A stretch of 64,000 nucleotides of DNA from Stylophora pistillata (Eukaryota), in NCBI RefSeq assembly GCF_002571385.2, contig NW_019218064.1:240414-304413 (forward strand), in the 5' to 3' direction. Positions within the stretch are counted from its first letter, which is position 1. The number at the start of each line of letters is the position of its first letter. Below the pieces are notes generated by a model. The model saw only the letters and a list, made by a program, of their open reading frames with translations, searched no databases and was not told the origin of the DNA. Below are positions 1 through 10,815 of the stretch, in pieces. The translations under genes were made by a program, and so were the position numbers.

Positions 1-272
1 GTCACAAGGCGTAGAAAGGGTGTGGGTCCCCATGGGCGCATACGGGCGCACTGGATGTCAATGGGTTAACAATAAATTACTGAGTTGTAATTAGCTAATT
101 GCTGGAGGTGGGCAATCCTGCATCCACATTGAAAATTAAACAAGAAGCTGACGGCAGGCAGCCAATATAGACATCATTAATTACATCTCTTTTTTTAATG
201 AGATTTTATAATATTTTTGATGAAGCTTAAACTAAAATCTCCCTGATACTAACAAAGGCATTTCTATAATAC

Positions 273-505
273 CATGACTCCATTTTTGTGATCCAAAGTT
301 CCTCTTCCCCAGAAGTATCCATCCTGGACACGCCCTTCAAAGGGGGGCACATCCCATGATTCATTGGTGGCAGGTACTACATCAAAGTGACCAGCAATCA
401 GATAGGGCTTTAAGGATGTATTACTTCCTTTTATGGAAATTAACAAACTGTAGTTTCCAATTACTCTAGGTTCAACAAGGGGATGGCTAAACACATCAGA
501 AAACT
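273..505 (-). CDS. PM20D1: Coding exon 2 of PM20D1-like M20 metallopeptidase (N-fatty-acyl-amino acid synthase/hydrolase-like); gene continues left of the window
   Basis: Translates EFSDVFSHPLV...NYSLLISIKGSNTSLKPYLIAGHFDVVPA...WDVPPFEG...GYFWGRGTLDHKNGVM, carrying the M20 H-x-D and GRG-xx-D-x-K metal-binding motifs. Acceptor ttcttgcag precedes 505 and a GT donor follows 273. Phase matches exon 1. Confidence 0.88.
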
Positions 506-1159
506 CTGCAAGAAATAGATAAAAATCATTCCTTGTCATCAAATTTGTGTTATACTTGTCTTCACATAATTTTTCTGAGCTTTCATAGATCAGCATAAAT
601 CTACAAAATTCAAGTCCCATACCGACAATTATCTTTTTCCACTTGGGAAATGTTGGACCACTTGAATTCAATCATTACCAAGAAAGACATAAATCATAAA
701 ATAGTTTTCACATAAACATACATTATTTTTTTAAGTATTGTTCCATTTTGCTTGTCTTTCCCAATAAGTATTTATATCTCTGCATCAGAGAGGGCAATTT
801 CCCAGTCTTGCTTTGCCATACCATAAGCCCTTTTTCATATCATGCACAACAGTTCTCAGATAAAATTAGAAGGCATAAGGCAACAGAAACCTTCCTACTG
901 TCAGATCATTTTTGATTTTTCAGCTTCTTAGCAAGTTGTGATCTAAGGGCTGACTCTAACATTAATATGTGGCTATGCCAGATCATCATACATCTATAGG
1001 AATTCATAATGATATCCCTGCAGAGTAGTTAGGAATTCATAATGAAATCTTTACGAACCACGAAATGGCAAACAAGAGAGAAGTACTTATGAGTGACACT
1101 TAAATTCAATTCCGCTATTTCATACTCGCTGTCTTCGAATTCACATTTCAAAACTGACA

Positions 1160-1514
1160 CATCATCATCATCACCATCACCATCTTTTATTTGTTTGGGC
1201 AGGTTGAGTTTATAGCAGCAATTTGCTGATGTGGACCTGCTATCTTCCCCATCCCACCCCAGGGGAGGACATGCACCACACAGTAATCTCGTGCGTAGGA
1301 AGTTAACGTCTCCTACCCCTAACCCTGCAGGAGACGGGGCCTACGGTTTATTCGTCCTTATCTGAGAAGACTATAATTTCTATCCATTCCTTGATATTAT
1401 AGAAAGGCAGCAGATTCTCCTTAGTTATTTTAAGACCATGAGTAATTTGGTCCGGCCGGGGCTTGAACCCTCGACCTCCCGCACAATACAATCCAGCGCT
1501 CTAACCAATTCGCT
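1160..1514 (-). mobile_element. tRNA-derived SINE (Meta-domain-like body) in PM20D1 intron 1, with AATAAA plus (GAT/GGT)n tail
   Basis: Reverse complement matches the copy at 46483-46757. It has a B box GGTTCAAGCCC and a central GTCTTCTCAGATAAGGACGAATAAACCGTAGGCCCCGTCTC block. The Meta-domain assignment is from memory, not a search. Confidence 0.8.
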
Positions 1515-1612
1515 GCAGTAAATCCTTGAAATCAGCCGAAACTTGAAAGGTTTTCCCTGAGGAGAAAACAGAAAAAGTAACTCATTGTAAATCTTGCTCA
1601 TATAACCCTCAC

Positions 1613-1874
1613 CTTTCAGAATAAACTGAAGGAAATTGTACAACTCTTCCCGATTGTAATTTCCAACGTTCCAGGAAACCGTTTGAAATGATAGCGCAGT
1701 TTGAAACCTTCTCTTCACGTCCTCATCTGCATTGATATAATCTAAATCACTTGGTCTGCATGGGTAGGCAGCTGTTGGCTGATGAGAATACATCACAGTT
1801 CTTGCGATAACTATTAGGATGACCGTACCAAGGGCTGTCACAAGTAGGTATGAAAGTTCGCGAACGCCCGCCAT
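1613..1874 (-). CDS. PM20D1: Coding exon 1 of PM20D1-like M20 peptidase (N-terminal signal anchor)
   Basis: ATG at 1874, hydrophobic LLVTALGTVILIVIA, then RFQTALSFQTVSW typical of PM20D1/CPS1 N-termini. Donor AAG|GTGAG at 1612. The 262-nt length (phase 1) joins exon 2 in frame. Confidence 0.85.
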
Positions 1875-2138
1875 GTTCACCTTATGTGTCAGGCGTTCCT
1901 GTTAAGTCACGCAATCCAACTAGAGCCCAATTTTACGCTCGAAAAAAATAGAAGGGGACTGGGGTAGAGGCATAAGCATCCCATTCTGAAATTTCATTCT
2001 AAAGGAAGAATGATTGCAAAGAAAGTTAAAAGAAATAAAATCAAAAGGATTTGTGAGCCATCAATTGATCTTAACAAATTACACGGTATTCTATCGCGAT
2101 TAACTTACATTTAAATTCAAAACAGATCACTTTTTGGT

Positions 2139-2222
2139 ACAATGAATATATGAAGTTCACATATTTTGAACTGCGGTATTAATACCGCAGTTCAAAATAT
2201 ATGAACTTCATATATTCATTGT
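2139..2222. repeat. 84-bp loopless palindrome (42-bp arms, one mismatch)
   Basis: ACAATGAATATATGAAGTTCACATATTTTGAACTGCGGTATT|AATACCGCAGTTCAAAATATATGAACTTCATATATTCATTGT, centre at 2180/2181. Confidence 0.95.
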
Positions 2223-2278
2223 GTCTGATTTATCATCACGGGTTTATTACGAATCAACTTAACGGCCTGCTCCCAGTT

Positions 2279-2351
2279 GGCTTGTTAGCTCAATTGGTAG
2301 AGCGCTGTACTAGTATCGCAGAGGTCAGTGGTTCGAATCCCGTACAGGCCT
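2279..2351 (+). tRNA. tRNA-Thr-like sequence (anticodon AGT), probably a pseudo-tRNA inside a dispersed repeat (about 2235-2415)
   Basis: Acceptor stem GGCTTGT/ACAGGCC, D arm GCTC-AATTGGTA-GAGC, T loop TTCGAAT, followed by a T run. Anticodon and T stems carry mismatches. A related copy with the same flanks is at 30765-30950. Confidence 0.55.
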
Positions 2352-2794
2352 GATTTTTTTCAGGTCTGATTTTCGCTACTGCATAAATAGCGCCCTCTAC
2401 TGCGAAGATCTTGCATCAGACAGATCACCTTTTCTTTGTAATTTCATCTGATTTCCTATTAACATGAGCTTTGGTTCACAAGTGATGCGGTGTTCTTTTG
2501 AATGTTCTTGCCTTTGTGAGCTTAGATTGTCATGGTTGTTGGCTCTTATTACAAATTCCATTCTTCTACTGATCTTCATCATGTTGCTAATAACAGATTG
2601 GATACGGTATTACATCGTTACATTATCTTTTCGTATTATTTTGTTTGTTTACTTGTTTATTTTTGGAGCTTGCTTTTTATGAGCTTAAACTACCGACGAT
2701 TCAAAAGGAACAAAGCTCTATTTCCGTCATTATCTATTGCCTTGTGGGGAGGGGGATGGAGGCCAGGACTTTGGTTGTGTCACAATACAATTTA

Positions 2795-2995
2795 CTGATC
2801 CTCCCCCCCCCCGCCCCTCCCCCCAGCCCAAGGCTCTGTGGTATTCCCATGATCCCCTTCATTAGCAGCTAATTTTCCATATTTCCCCTTTATACCCTCT
2901 AAGAGACGACTGATCCCCCTCTTGGCCCCTGTTCCCCCTGAAAACCATTTGATCCCCTCCGACCCCTCCCTAAGGTGATGAGTAATGTCTGGTTT
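2795..2995 (-). repeat. Dispersed non-autonomous repeat fragment, related to 52968-53100
   Basis: GATCCCCTTCATTAGCAGCTAATTTTC...GTTCCCCCTGAAAACCAT resembles the reverse complement of 52968-53100. Confidence 0.55.
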
Positions 2996-3941
2996 TTTCG
3001 GGCTTGATTGGTATTAAGATTTTAAGTGACCTATGTCTTAAAGCTTCTAGCTTCTTTTCAATCAACAAGCAAGCGAAATGATATTCATCTCACCTACACT
3101 GCAAATACCTCATCTAAGTTTCCTTCTGTTTCAGGGTGTATCCTTCAATGTGATGTGTGTCAACCAGGATCTCTATCTGATTATGGCATCTGATAGGGTA
3201 GAATTACACATCTCGCGGGGAGAACGCTCAGAACACTCGAGTTTAGGACAAAGTGTAGGTCTTACTTGTGGTGTTTCGTTTTTGTAGTTGTACTTTGCTT
3301 TTTCGTGGTATGTTGCAGAGATCGGAACAGCATACACAAAGTTAGTGAAATTCATAACTGCTGCACAACCAAAATTTAAACCGCATCTTTACTGAACCCT
3401 ATACATATAACTTTTATTTTTACATTTAAACCGTCTGTCGAGTTTTCAACAAGTATCAATAATTCTTGAAACTTGAATCTCCAGCAGTCATTTACAAACG
3501 GTTGCACTTAAATTTCAGTTAATATCTTCCTACAGTTTTTTTGCTGAGGAAACTTTTGCTAATATCTGACAATATTCAAATTTATCTACTCACGCCTACA
3601 TCTTTAGTATCTAGTATCTACGTTTGCATTGACCATCGAAGAAAACGAGAGACAAAAGAAGAGAAAGAGCAATTGTTATAAGTAGATGAATTCTGGTGTC
3701 AAGTTTGACTTCAGTTGTAGCCTCAGGGCCTTCGGGATAAATTATTCTGATTGAGCAGGATTGGCGACACGCTGCTGAGAATAGCCATAACAAAAATAAC
3801 CTCCTTGTTCAAGGGTGAAACATTCAAAATAATGTGCCAAATTAAAATGGTGCCGTATTTGCTGCTTTCGTGCTTTTCGGCGCGTAACAATCAGCGGCAA
3901 ATTGAATAAATTCATAAACGCCTAGACAGATGGCAAGCAAA

Positions 3942-5726
3942 TTAACATTGGGTTTCTTTCAATGCAGCTAAGTTTAAAAGCGACGGTGAGAACTGGAAGT
4001 AAACCGATGTCAAATCTCGATGATTTAAAAATGCTTTCTTTTCGCAATCGACGCCTCCGTCATTTTTGATATCGTCAAACGAACGTTTAATTTCTAAGGA
4101 TGATACTTTATCAGCTGTGGGTTGCGAGTTTTTTCTCGGCACCAAATCCATTGATTCGGTCGTGTCGCCAATCATTTCATTTGGTGAAAATGACAAATCA
4201 TCTGTCGCAGGTTGTGTAGTCTTCATAATGAGTTGTTCGTTCAAGGGCTGCGCATTCGGTGTCTCTACTATACCAAAACGCCTGATTCTGACCATTCCAT
4301 GTTCTTGAGCTGGTTTAAATGAAGGTTCCTCGTTAATCTTTTCAAGTCTAGGTTGTGACTGCAGCTTAATAAATCTAAAGGAATCGTCCAATTGAACTGA
4401 GCCGGGGTTATTCCTGTTTGTAGTTCCTGATAGGGTCTTGTCCGGGTCGTTGGCAAATCCCTCTCTAAGGAAAGAAATCTTCCTTGACGCTTTTCGATGG
4501 GAACTTTCTGGACTGTTAGAAATTGAGTGCTTGTAAAGTCTCTGATTTTCCTTGAGCTCCAAAGGGCCGCCATTGTCACTTCTCGATCGGCTCAATTTTC
4601 GCCAAACAAAAGAAAAGGATTCGCTAATAGAGCTGATCTTTCGTAAATAACTCAGTTCACTTCTATCCACAGAGTCGTCAAACGACCCATCTTGTTTACG
4701 TTTACATAAGCTGGTAAGTATTCTCCTGAACCCCCTTTTGAAATCCCTGCTGAATATCCAGTAGATAACGGGGTTGAAAATACTGTTAGTGTACGTGAAC
4801 ATTCTACAGATGATTCCGACTATTTGTGAGTGATCTTGGTTCAGTCCGTCACCAAAATCTGACCAGAGCCAGAAAATCTCGTTTGGTAACCTGCAAGTGG
4901 CGAAGACTATGACGACCGTCACGAACATTTTGGTCGCTCGAATATTCTGATTAGCTTTTCCCAGCAAACTGTTATGTCTCTGACCTATCGTTACTCGGCT
5001 TGCTTTACGCTGAAAATCCATTTGGCGGTTGTTATAGTTTCCAACTACGTTCACTTGACTTGGACGTTGTTGAACTTTCTCAAACATGTTTGCACTTGAG
5101 CGCAAGTTGGACAGAGTCATGGTGTACATCACGCTCATGAACGCTAAGGGAATTCCGTACTGGCCAATAAAAAGAGCCAGTGTGTACACCTGCCTGTAGT
5201 GAAACGCTGGCCATGTTTCTTCGCAAGACTTGGTGGACCCTTCGCCCACCAAATTCAGGTAATAAATGTAAGGTACCACAAACAACAGAGCCACAAAATG
5301 CATGATCACTATAGAACATTTTACTTGCTTGGAACTGAGTCTTTGCTTAAAAGGATGCATAATAACTCGGTAACGATCCAATGAAATGATGGCCAGTGTC
5401 AGTGATGCAGAAATGGCAGACAAAGTTGCAAGTGGCCAAAGAGTTTTGCAAAGGATTCTTCCAAAGGGCCAAATGTAGCCTTTTTCCTCCAGTGCCAGGT
5501 CAAATGGAATGCTGGCCAGAGGGGTTATTAAATCGCAAACTGCAAGGTTGAGAATGAGCAGATTTGAGGGGTTCCTCATTCGTTTCATCTTGCAGATGAC
5601 GATAATAACCAGAGTATTCCCAAGAAGACACAAAAGAAGAATGAGAGAGTACATCGTGATTTTGAAAACCTTGAACGAAAGAGTTTCCTTGTTGCTATCT
5701 TCTGTCGAATTTAGGTTGACCGCCAT
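3942..5726 (-). CDS. GPCR-1: class A neuropeptide-receptor-like GPCR, 594 aa, long C-tail ending KETQC
   Basis: Seven hydrophobic segments with GN (TM1), NLAVCD (TM2), WPFG..C, SLDRY, ECL2 C-EETWP and NPVIY; single-exon CDS. Confidence 0.96.
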   Translation of the reverse strand: MAVNLNSTEDSNKETLSFKVFKITMYSLILLLCLLGNTLVIIVICKMKRMRNPSNLLILNLAVCDLITPLASIPFDLALEEKGYIWPFGRILCKTLWPLATLSAISASLTLAIISLDRYRVIMHPFKQRLSSKQVKCSIVIMHFVALLFVVPYIYYLNLVGEGSTKSCEETWPAFHYRQVYTLALFIGQYGIPLAFMSVMYTMTLSNLRSSANMFEKVQQRPSQVNVVGNYNNRQMDFQRKASRVTIGQRHNSLLGKANQNIRATKMFVTVVIVFATCRLPNEIFWLWSDFGDGLNQDHSQIVGIICRMFTYTNSIFNPVIYWIFSRDFKRGFRRILTSLCKRKQDGSFDDSVDRSELSYLRKISSISESFSFVWRKLSRSRSDNGGPLELKENQRLYKHSISNSPESSHRKASRKISFLREGFANDPDKTLSGTTNRNNPGSVQLDDSFRFIKLQSQPRLEKINEEPSFKPAQEHGMVRIRRFGIVETPNAQPLNEQLIMKTTQPATDDLSFSPNEMIGDTTESMDLVPRKNSQPTADKVSSLEIKRSFDDIKNDGGVDCEKKAFLNHRDLTSVYFQFSPSLLNLAALKETQC

Positions 5727-8700
5727 TTTTTAAATGGCAATGTATAGTAGGGTCTTTGTGGATTCAACGTCACATACCCGTTGTAAGTTTTGCCGAATTC
5801 CAGTATTTGCTTACAGGTGAAGAAAGCTAGGAATTCTATTGTGCACGATTGGATATGCGTGACAGGAAAGCTTAGCGTCCACAAGTGCCTCGTTGATCAC
5901 ACGAGATGAACACTTTAAACAGGAAGTGGAGTGGGTAACACATCCAGAAGAAATGGCGCTTCTGTGATCAGCCTAAAGCGTGGAAGAAGAAAACACATTG
6001 TTAAAAGATTGAATGCATCTTGTTTTGACAGAGATTTATTATCATTGTCGAGGCCAAGTGCCACGATGATAAGGTATGTATATGACGTTTAGAGTACTGG
6101 TAATTAGCGATACGATACAAGGCATTTGATTTGCTCTTGCGAAGACTTTAGTCTTTGCTCCCAGCGGGACAAACTCAATTCAAAGACAGCAAAACGTTTT
6201 ACATGTGGTTCGGATGAAAAGGTTACAACTGAGGGCTTTTCTTATGTTTCGTCTGAAATCTGAATACTTCAGTTGAACACCGAGTCATTTACAAGTGGGT
6301 GTTTCTTGCCCTCTCGAGAGGGGCATACCTTCTTCAAATAAAGATTTGTATCTCGAATAACCTATCAAATAAAATATGTACCTCGGGTCATCTTAGTTTT
6401 AGTTTTTAATAGCTGTATCATTTAACGGGCGCCTTTGGTGCGTGAATTTGGCCATGCTTAGAGAATGAATTGCATCTGTTTTCTAAATGATGGATATAAA
6501 AAATAGCTAAATTATTGATTTTTGTTTTGGCTTTAACGTTGGTAAAACAGATTTATATGCACGACTTATCTGGCATTGATCCTTATTATATTTATTTTAT
6601 GAGCTGCGGATTGTCATGTGGCCTTCAGAAGTTAAATTTACATTTTACAAGCTATTTAGAAAACTCTCTTCTCAGTGATCTTCGAAATACGACTCTGCGG
6701 CCATCGTTAAGTCGGTGCAACTCCAAATTTTCTTTTCAGGATTCATTCAACCGCAAAAAATAAAAGGTATACTTACTTGCAAATAAAATATCTTCCGGAA
6801 CATTCCATCGACGTCACTGTCAGTGCTCATCCGATAGGTTTCTCTCATCTGTTGGTGTATTTTTGTTTCGCCAATAGAATCAAATCATAATTTATTTTAT
6901 AGCAATAAAACAAATAGAAGTAGGCGACTTCTGGACATTGATGGCGGCCAACGAGGCTTTATTTTAATTTTCGGAATGAAGAATATTCTACGATAACGTT
7001 GTCGGTGTGAATTGACAGAATCAAGCCCCAAACCTTAAAAAAAAAAAAAAAAAGAAAAGAAAGAAAGAAAACAGAAAACATTTTAAAAGCTTAGGAAGCA
7101 GGGGGAGGGTAAAATTCCCACGCGCCCAAGAAAACAACCAAATAGGTATCTCGTTTATGCGAAAATGTAAACAAACTATTTTCTGTGAAAAAGAAGATAC
7201 TCTGATTTTGAGTGAAATGTTTTTATTTCAGAAGGAACGATCGAAAACCACAGAACAGCTGAGTCAAAAGGGTAGAAAAACAAAAAACCAGAACAGAGTG
7301 GCCTATGAACGTTTCAGCAAAGGTCGCATCAAATCGTTTCTACTTCCTCTGCGATGATGTGTCCAGTAGAAAACAATGAAAAAACGACATAACCCTGTCC
7401 ACTTTGATATTATATATTATATATATTGCCATTCTGTTCCCTACACATATGGCAAATTTCTTCCTCCAATGGTACAAAAATAAATTCCGCTTGGTATTTT
7501 TTCCAAATAACTGTTTCGATTTGTCAATTTTTACCCCTAATGCCTATCGCTGTTTTATGGGTAACGGCTAACTGCATTGACACCCTCTGCAAACAAAAGA
7601 TACATTTCTAAAGAGCCTGAGAATTCCAAAGGGACCATTTTCTACCCAGCTGGCGAGGGAAAAATGACCAAAATAAGTAGATAAGAAATGAATAGATAGA
7701 TAATCCCTAGGATTGGATTGACATATTTTCTTTAACATTAACATACTGGCGTTCGTCAGTTCTATCATTCGGTCAGATTGCCCGCTTCATGAATCAGGCT
7801 TTTGATAAAAAAAAAAACAACAACAACAAAAGTACCTTTGCTGCTATTTCATGATTTATGTTTCAAATTTTGTAATTAGGTAAAAGTTTTCTTCGTTGTT
7901 GTAGTTGTAAAAAGCAGTGTTGTTTATGTCCCCTTCTGCGAGTCCGTCCGCTTTACCGACTTTTTGCGTGATACGATCGCGCAGCGAAAGTTGCCTGCGG
8001 CTAAAATTGGACGCCTTTTTGATAACTTCGATGAGCCCTGTGTAAAACAAAAAAAAAAACTGCTATCTAAGTTTTTCTTCCAAAAGGGTGATAAAAGTTC
8101 CTAATTCAGTTATTTTTATCTTGCTCGTATCCGGAAGGCAAAGATCTTTAATGGGCATCAGATGGGAGTTGTTTTATTTTTAGCTACACTTGTTCAACGA
8201 AGGAAATGTTACCATGAACACTGCCTTTCAAACGACCTTTAAGAGTTTTATTATGCAGGAAATAACAGCATTGTCCCCTCAAGAAGGAATCGCTAACGCA
8301 ATATAAAAGAAAGAACTCAGGAACTAGAGAAAAGCGTAGAGCGTATNNNNATGAGTCACTTTACTAGGTAAGTTGTACCCCCCACTACCCTCACGCTTTT
8401 ATCCCGGTGGTCATGTCTGGGTGGTCGGCCATGAAACAGTTGACCACAAGTCATTGCGATAAATCTTCGTCATGCGTAACACTCGTTAGAGTAGCTAGGG
8501 AAAATTGGCTGATGTTCTCTTCTAATTCATAGAACATTTCCCTGGCCGGCATCAGTGAACGATTTCAAATATTTGTTACCAGAAACTTTAAAACCTTAAA
8601 AATGATGTTAAAGCTTCAGAATAGCTGTACGTGTTAAATTAATTATTTTTTTCAAGAATCGAATCTAACAGTAAAACCACGGCAAACCTGGTTTGTTTCT

Positions 8701-9559
8701 TTGTTTCTTTGTTTTTTTTTTTTTAATCAGTTAACACATATTTTGTTCTATTATGCCAACCGGTGTTTACTTAAAATAATTGACATGCAAATTAGTACGC
8801 ATTCAATATACGAAAAGAAGGTTTGGGTTCGTTGGCGAAAAAAAATTTGTCAGCTATACGAATAAAAACTGTATGAAAAACATTTTGCACTCATAAACAG
8901 TAAAACATTTAAGAAATTTGTAGAAATCGGCTTTCATTTCGGCTTTCATCTGCTTTCACATGATTTTTTTTTATCTAGATTTGCAAACACATTGGAACCT
9001 AGTGTTTCAAATTGGACCTGGATAATGAATAACATTGGGTTCTTAACAAAACTCATGCATTTCTACTTCATACGTCTCGGTTATACATCTAGAAAAAAAA
9101 AAACTGTTCTGACCCTATAAGAAATAAAAGGAAAAGTAAAGGAAAATAAATAGATACTGAGCAAAGAAAATTTAACCAAAAACATTTTTAAAAAAAATAG
9201 AGACGGATATATCCAGAATACTTTCTTTGCGTGGTACGCATACCAAGAATTCTCGATCATAGCTGTAAATTAATCAGTCACTTAATACCTTGGACAGATT
9301 TTAAGAATGAGATTTGAATAAAATCGCTGTTGCGAGTATATTCATTGGTTTATCGTCAAGTATTGAAGCGATTCAAATTTCATTTCTATTTTTTAAAGAT
9401 AAGTCGCTGTTGAAAAAAAAAAAAAGATCATCGTTTTCATTAGTCTCAGGTAGATGATATGATTTCTGCTGCTTTGTACTACGAGAATATATTTGCGGCC
9501 AAGCGCGACTCATTTTGCGCAACAAACTTGTTCCTAAATTTTTTTTTTTTTTAATGACA

Positions 9560-9745
9560 AATTTACCCAGCTCTCAAAGTGAGGCTTCGTAGCTCAATTG
9601 GTAGTAGATCCTAACAAGATTTGATAAACAGTTTACAATCTCTTGTACCAAAGCAGTATCTGGGAGCCCGCTGGGCCTAAGCTTTTAAAAGCTTTGTCAT
9701 TGCAATTGCTTAAAATGCAGCCACTTGCGAAGATCATTGCTTTTC
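9560..9745 (+). repeat. Degenerate copy of the tRNA-like repeat
   Basis: CCAGCTCTC...GGCTTCGTAGCTCAATTGGTAG ... TTGCGAAGATCATTGC parallels 2265-2415. Confidence 0.45.
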
Positions 9746-10815
9746 CAAGAAAATAAGACAATTACCTGCGTTCTTTCTTTCCTTCTTGTTCATCACTGTT
9801 TGTTTTGGCTTTTTTTTTTTTACTTCTACGAGAAGCTCACTTGTATCTCGGGTAGGAAATGGCTGCTAATCGTTTTAAACTTTGGCTTTGTACGTCAAAT
9901 CCATTCATCACCTACAATTATTCTCAAGCGTAAATGCGCTTAAGGATAACACCCTGTTTCCAAGGGTGCGCTACCTTAAAAATCGACCTCATATTGCACG
10001 CGAGGGCTCACAGATCAGATCATGGATACATTTAAAATCCAAACCTCGAAGTGTTTTTTAAAGAGTTTCAGGTTTGTAGATCTACCAGCTAAATTAATTA
10101 GTTTAAGTCACAGGCCAATAAGTTGTCTTCTGTCAAAGATTATAAACGTACTTATCAACAAAGCATTTCAATTAAATTTTTCTGTAGATCGTTGCGTTGA
10201 TTTCGCGTAAATCCGTCTCATCTGTAGCCCTCATGTTTCTCCATTCTGTCCGAACAGCTCTGGAGAAAAAATTTCTGAAATACAACCTGTTAAATTCACC
10301 CGTAAGTTCCTCTGTAGCCACGCGGAAAACTGTTAATTATTGAGCAGTTTTTAGCTTTCTTGGCGAAGATCTCTGATATTTTCACGGGATACGCCGCATT
10401 AATTTTCTACATGTCATTCTCGCCCTCCTTGGAGTTGTACATTCTCACAATTTCCGTCGCGATAACGGCCGCGGGTTATTACGTCCGAAGCCCCGAGGTC
10501 CTGTTAGGAATTTCAAGATCTTATGCGCAGATGCACCGCTGTTGATGACGGCCACTTCACATCGAAGGAAAACATGGCTTTCAAGAACGTGTAACAACGT
10601 ACACTGAAATCACCAGCCCTGTGTCATGAAGATTTCAGTGGTATGATGGGAACAGACGTTAAAGACGGATAAAGCTCATTTATCATGCTAATACATTTTG
10701 AAGAAGCCGGGTGAAAGATTTCATTACTGTAGCTCGCACTCGTCAAGCAGGATCAAATACGTTGAAATCTGCAGATGTTGTACTTCCTAACACAGACAAC
10801 ATTTTTGTCGTAAAG

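Noticed and set aside
1425-1612. C-terminal extension of ORF 1425-1880 and N-terminal extension of ORF 264-671
   Set aside because: Intron read-through beyond clear splice sites; part of it is translated SINE sequence.
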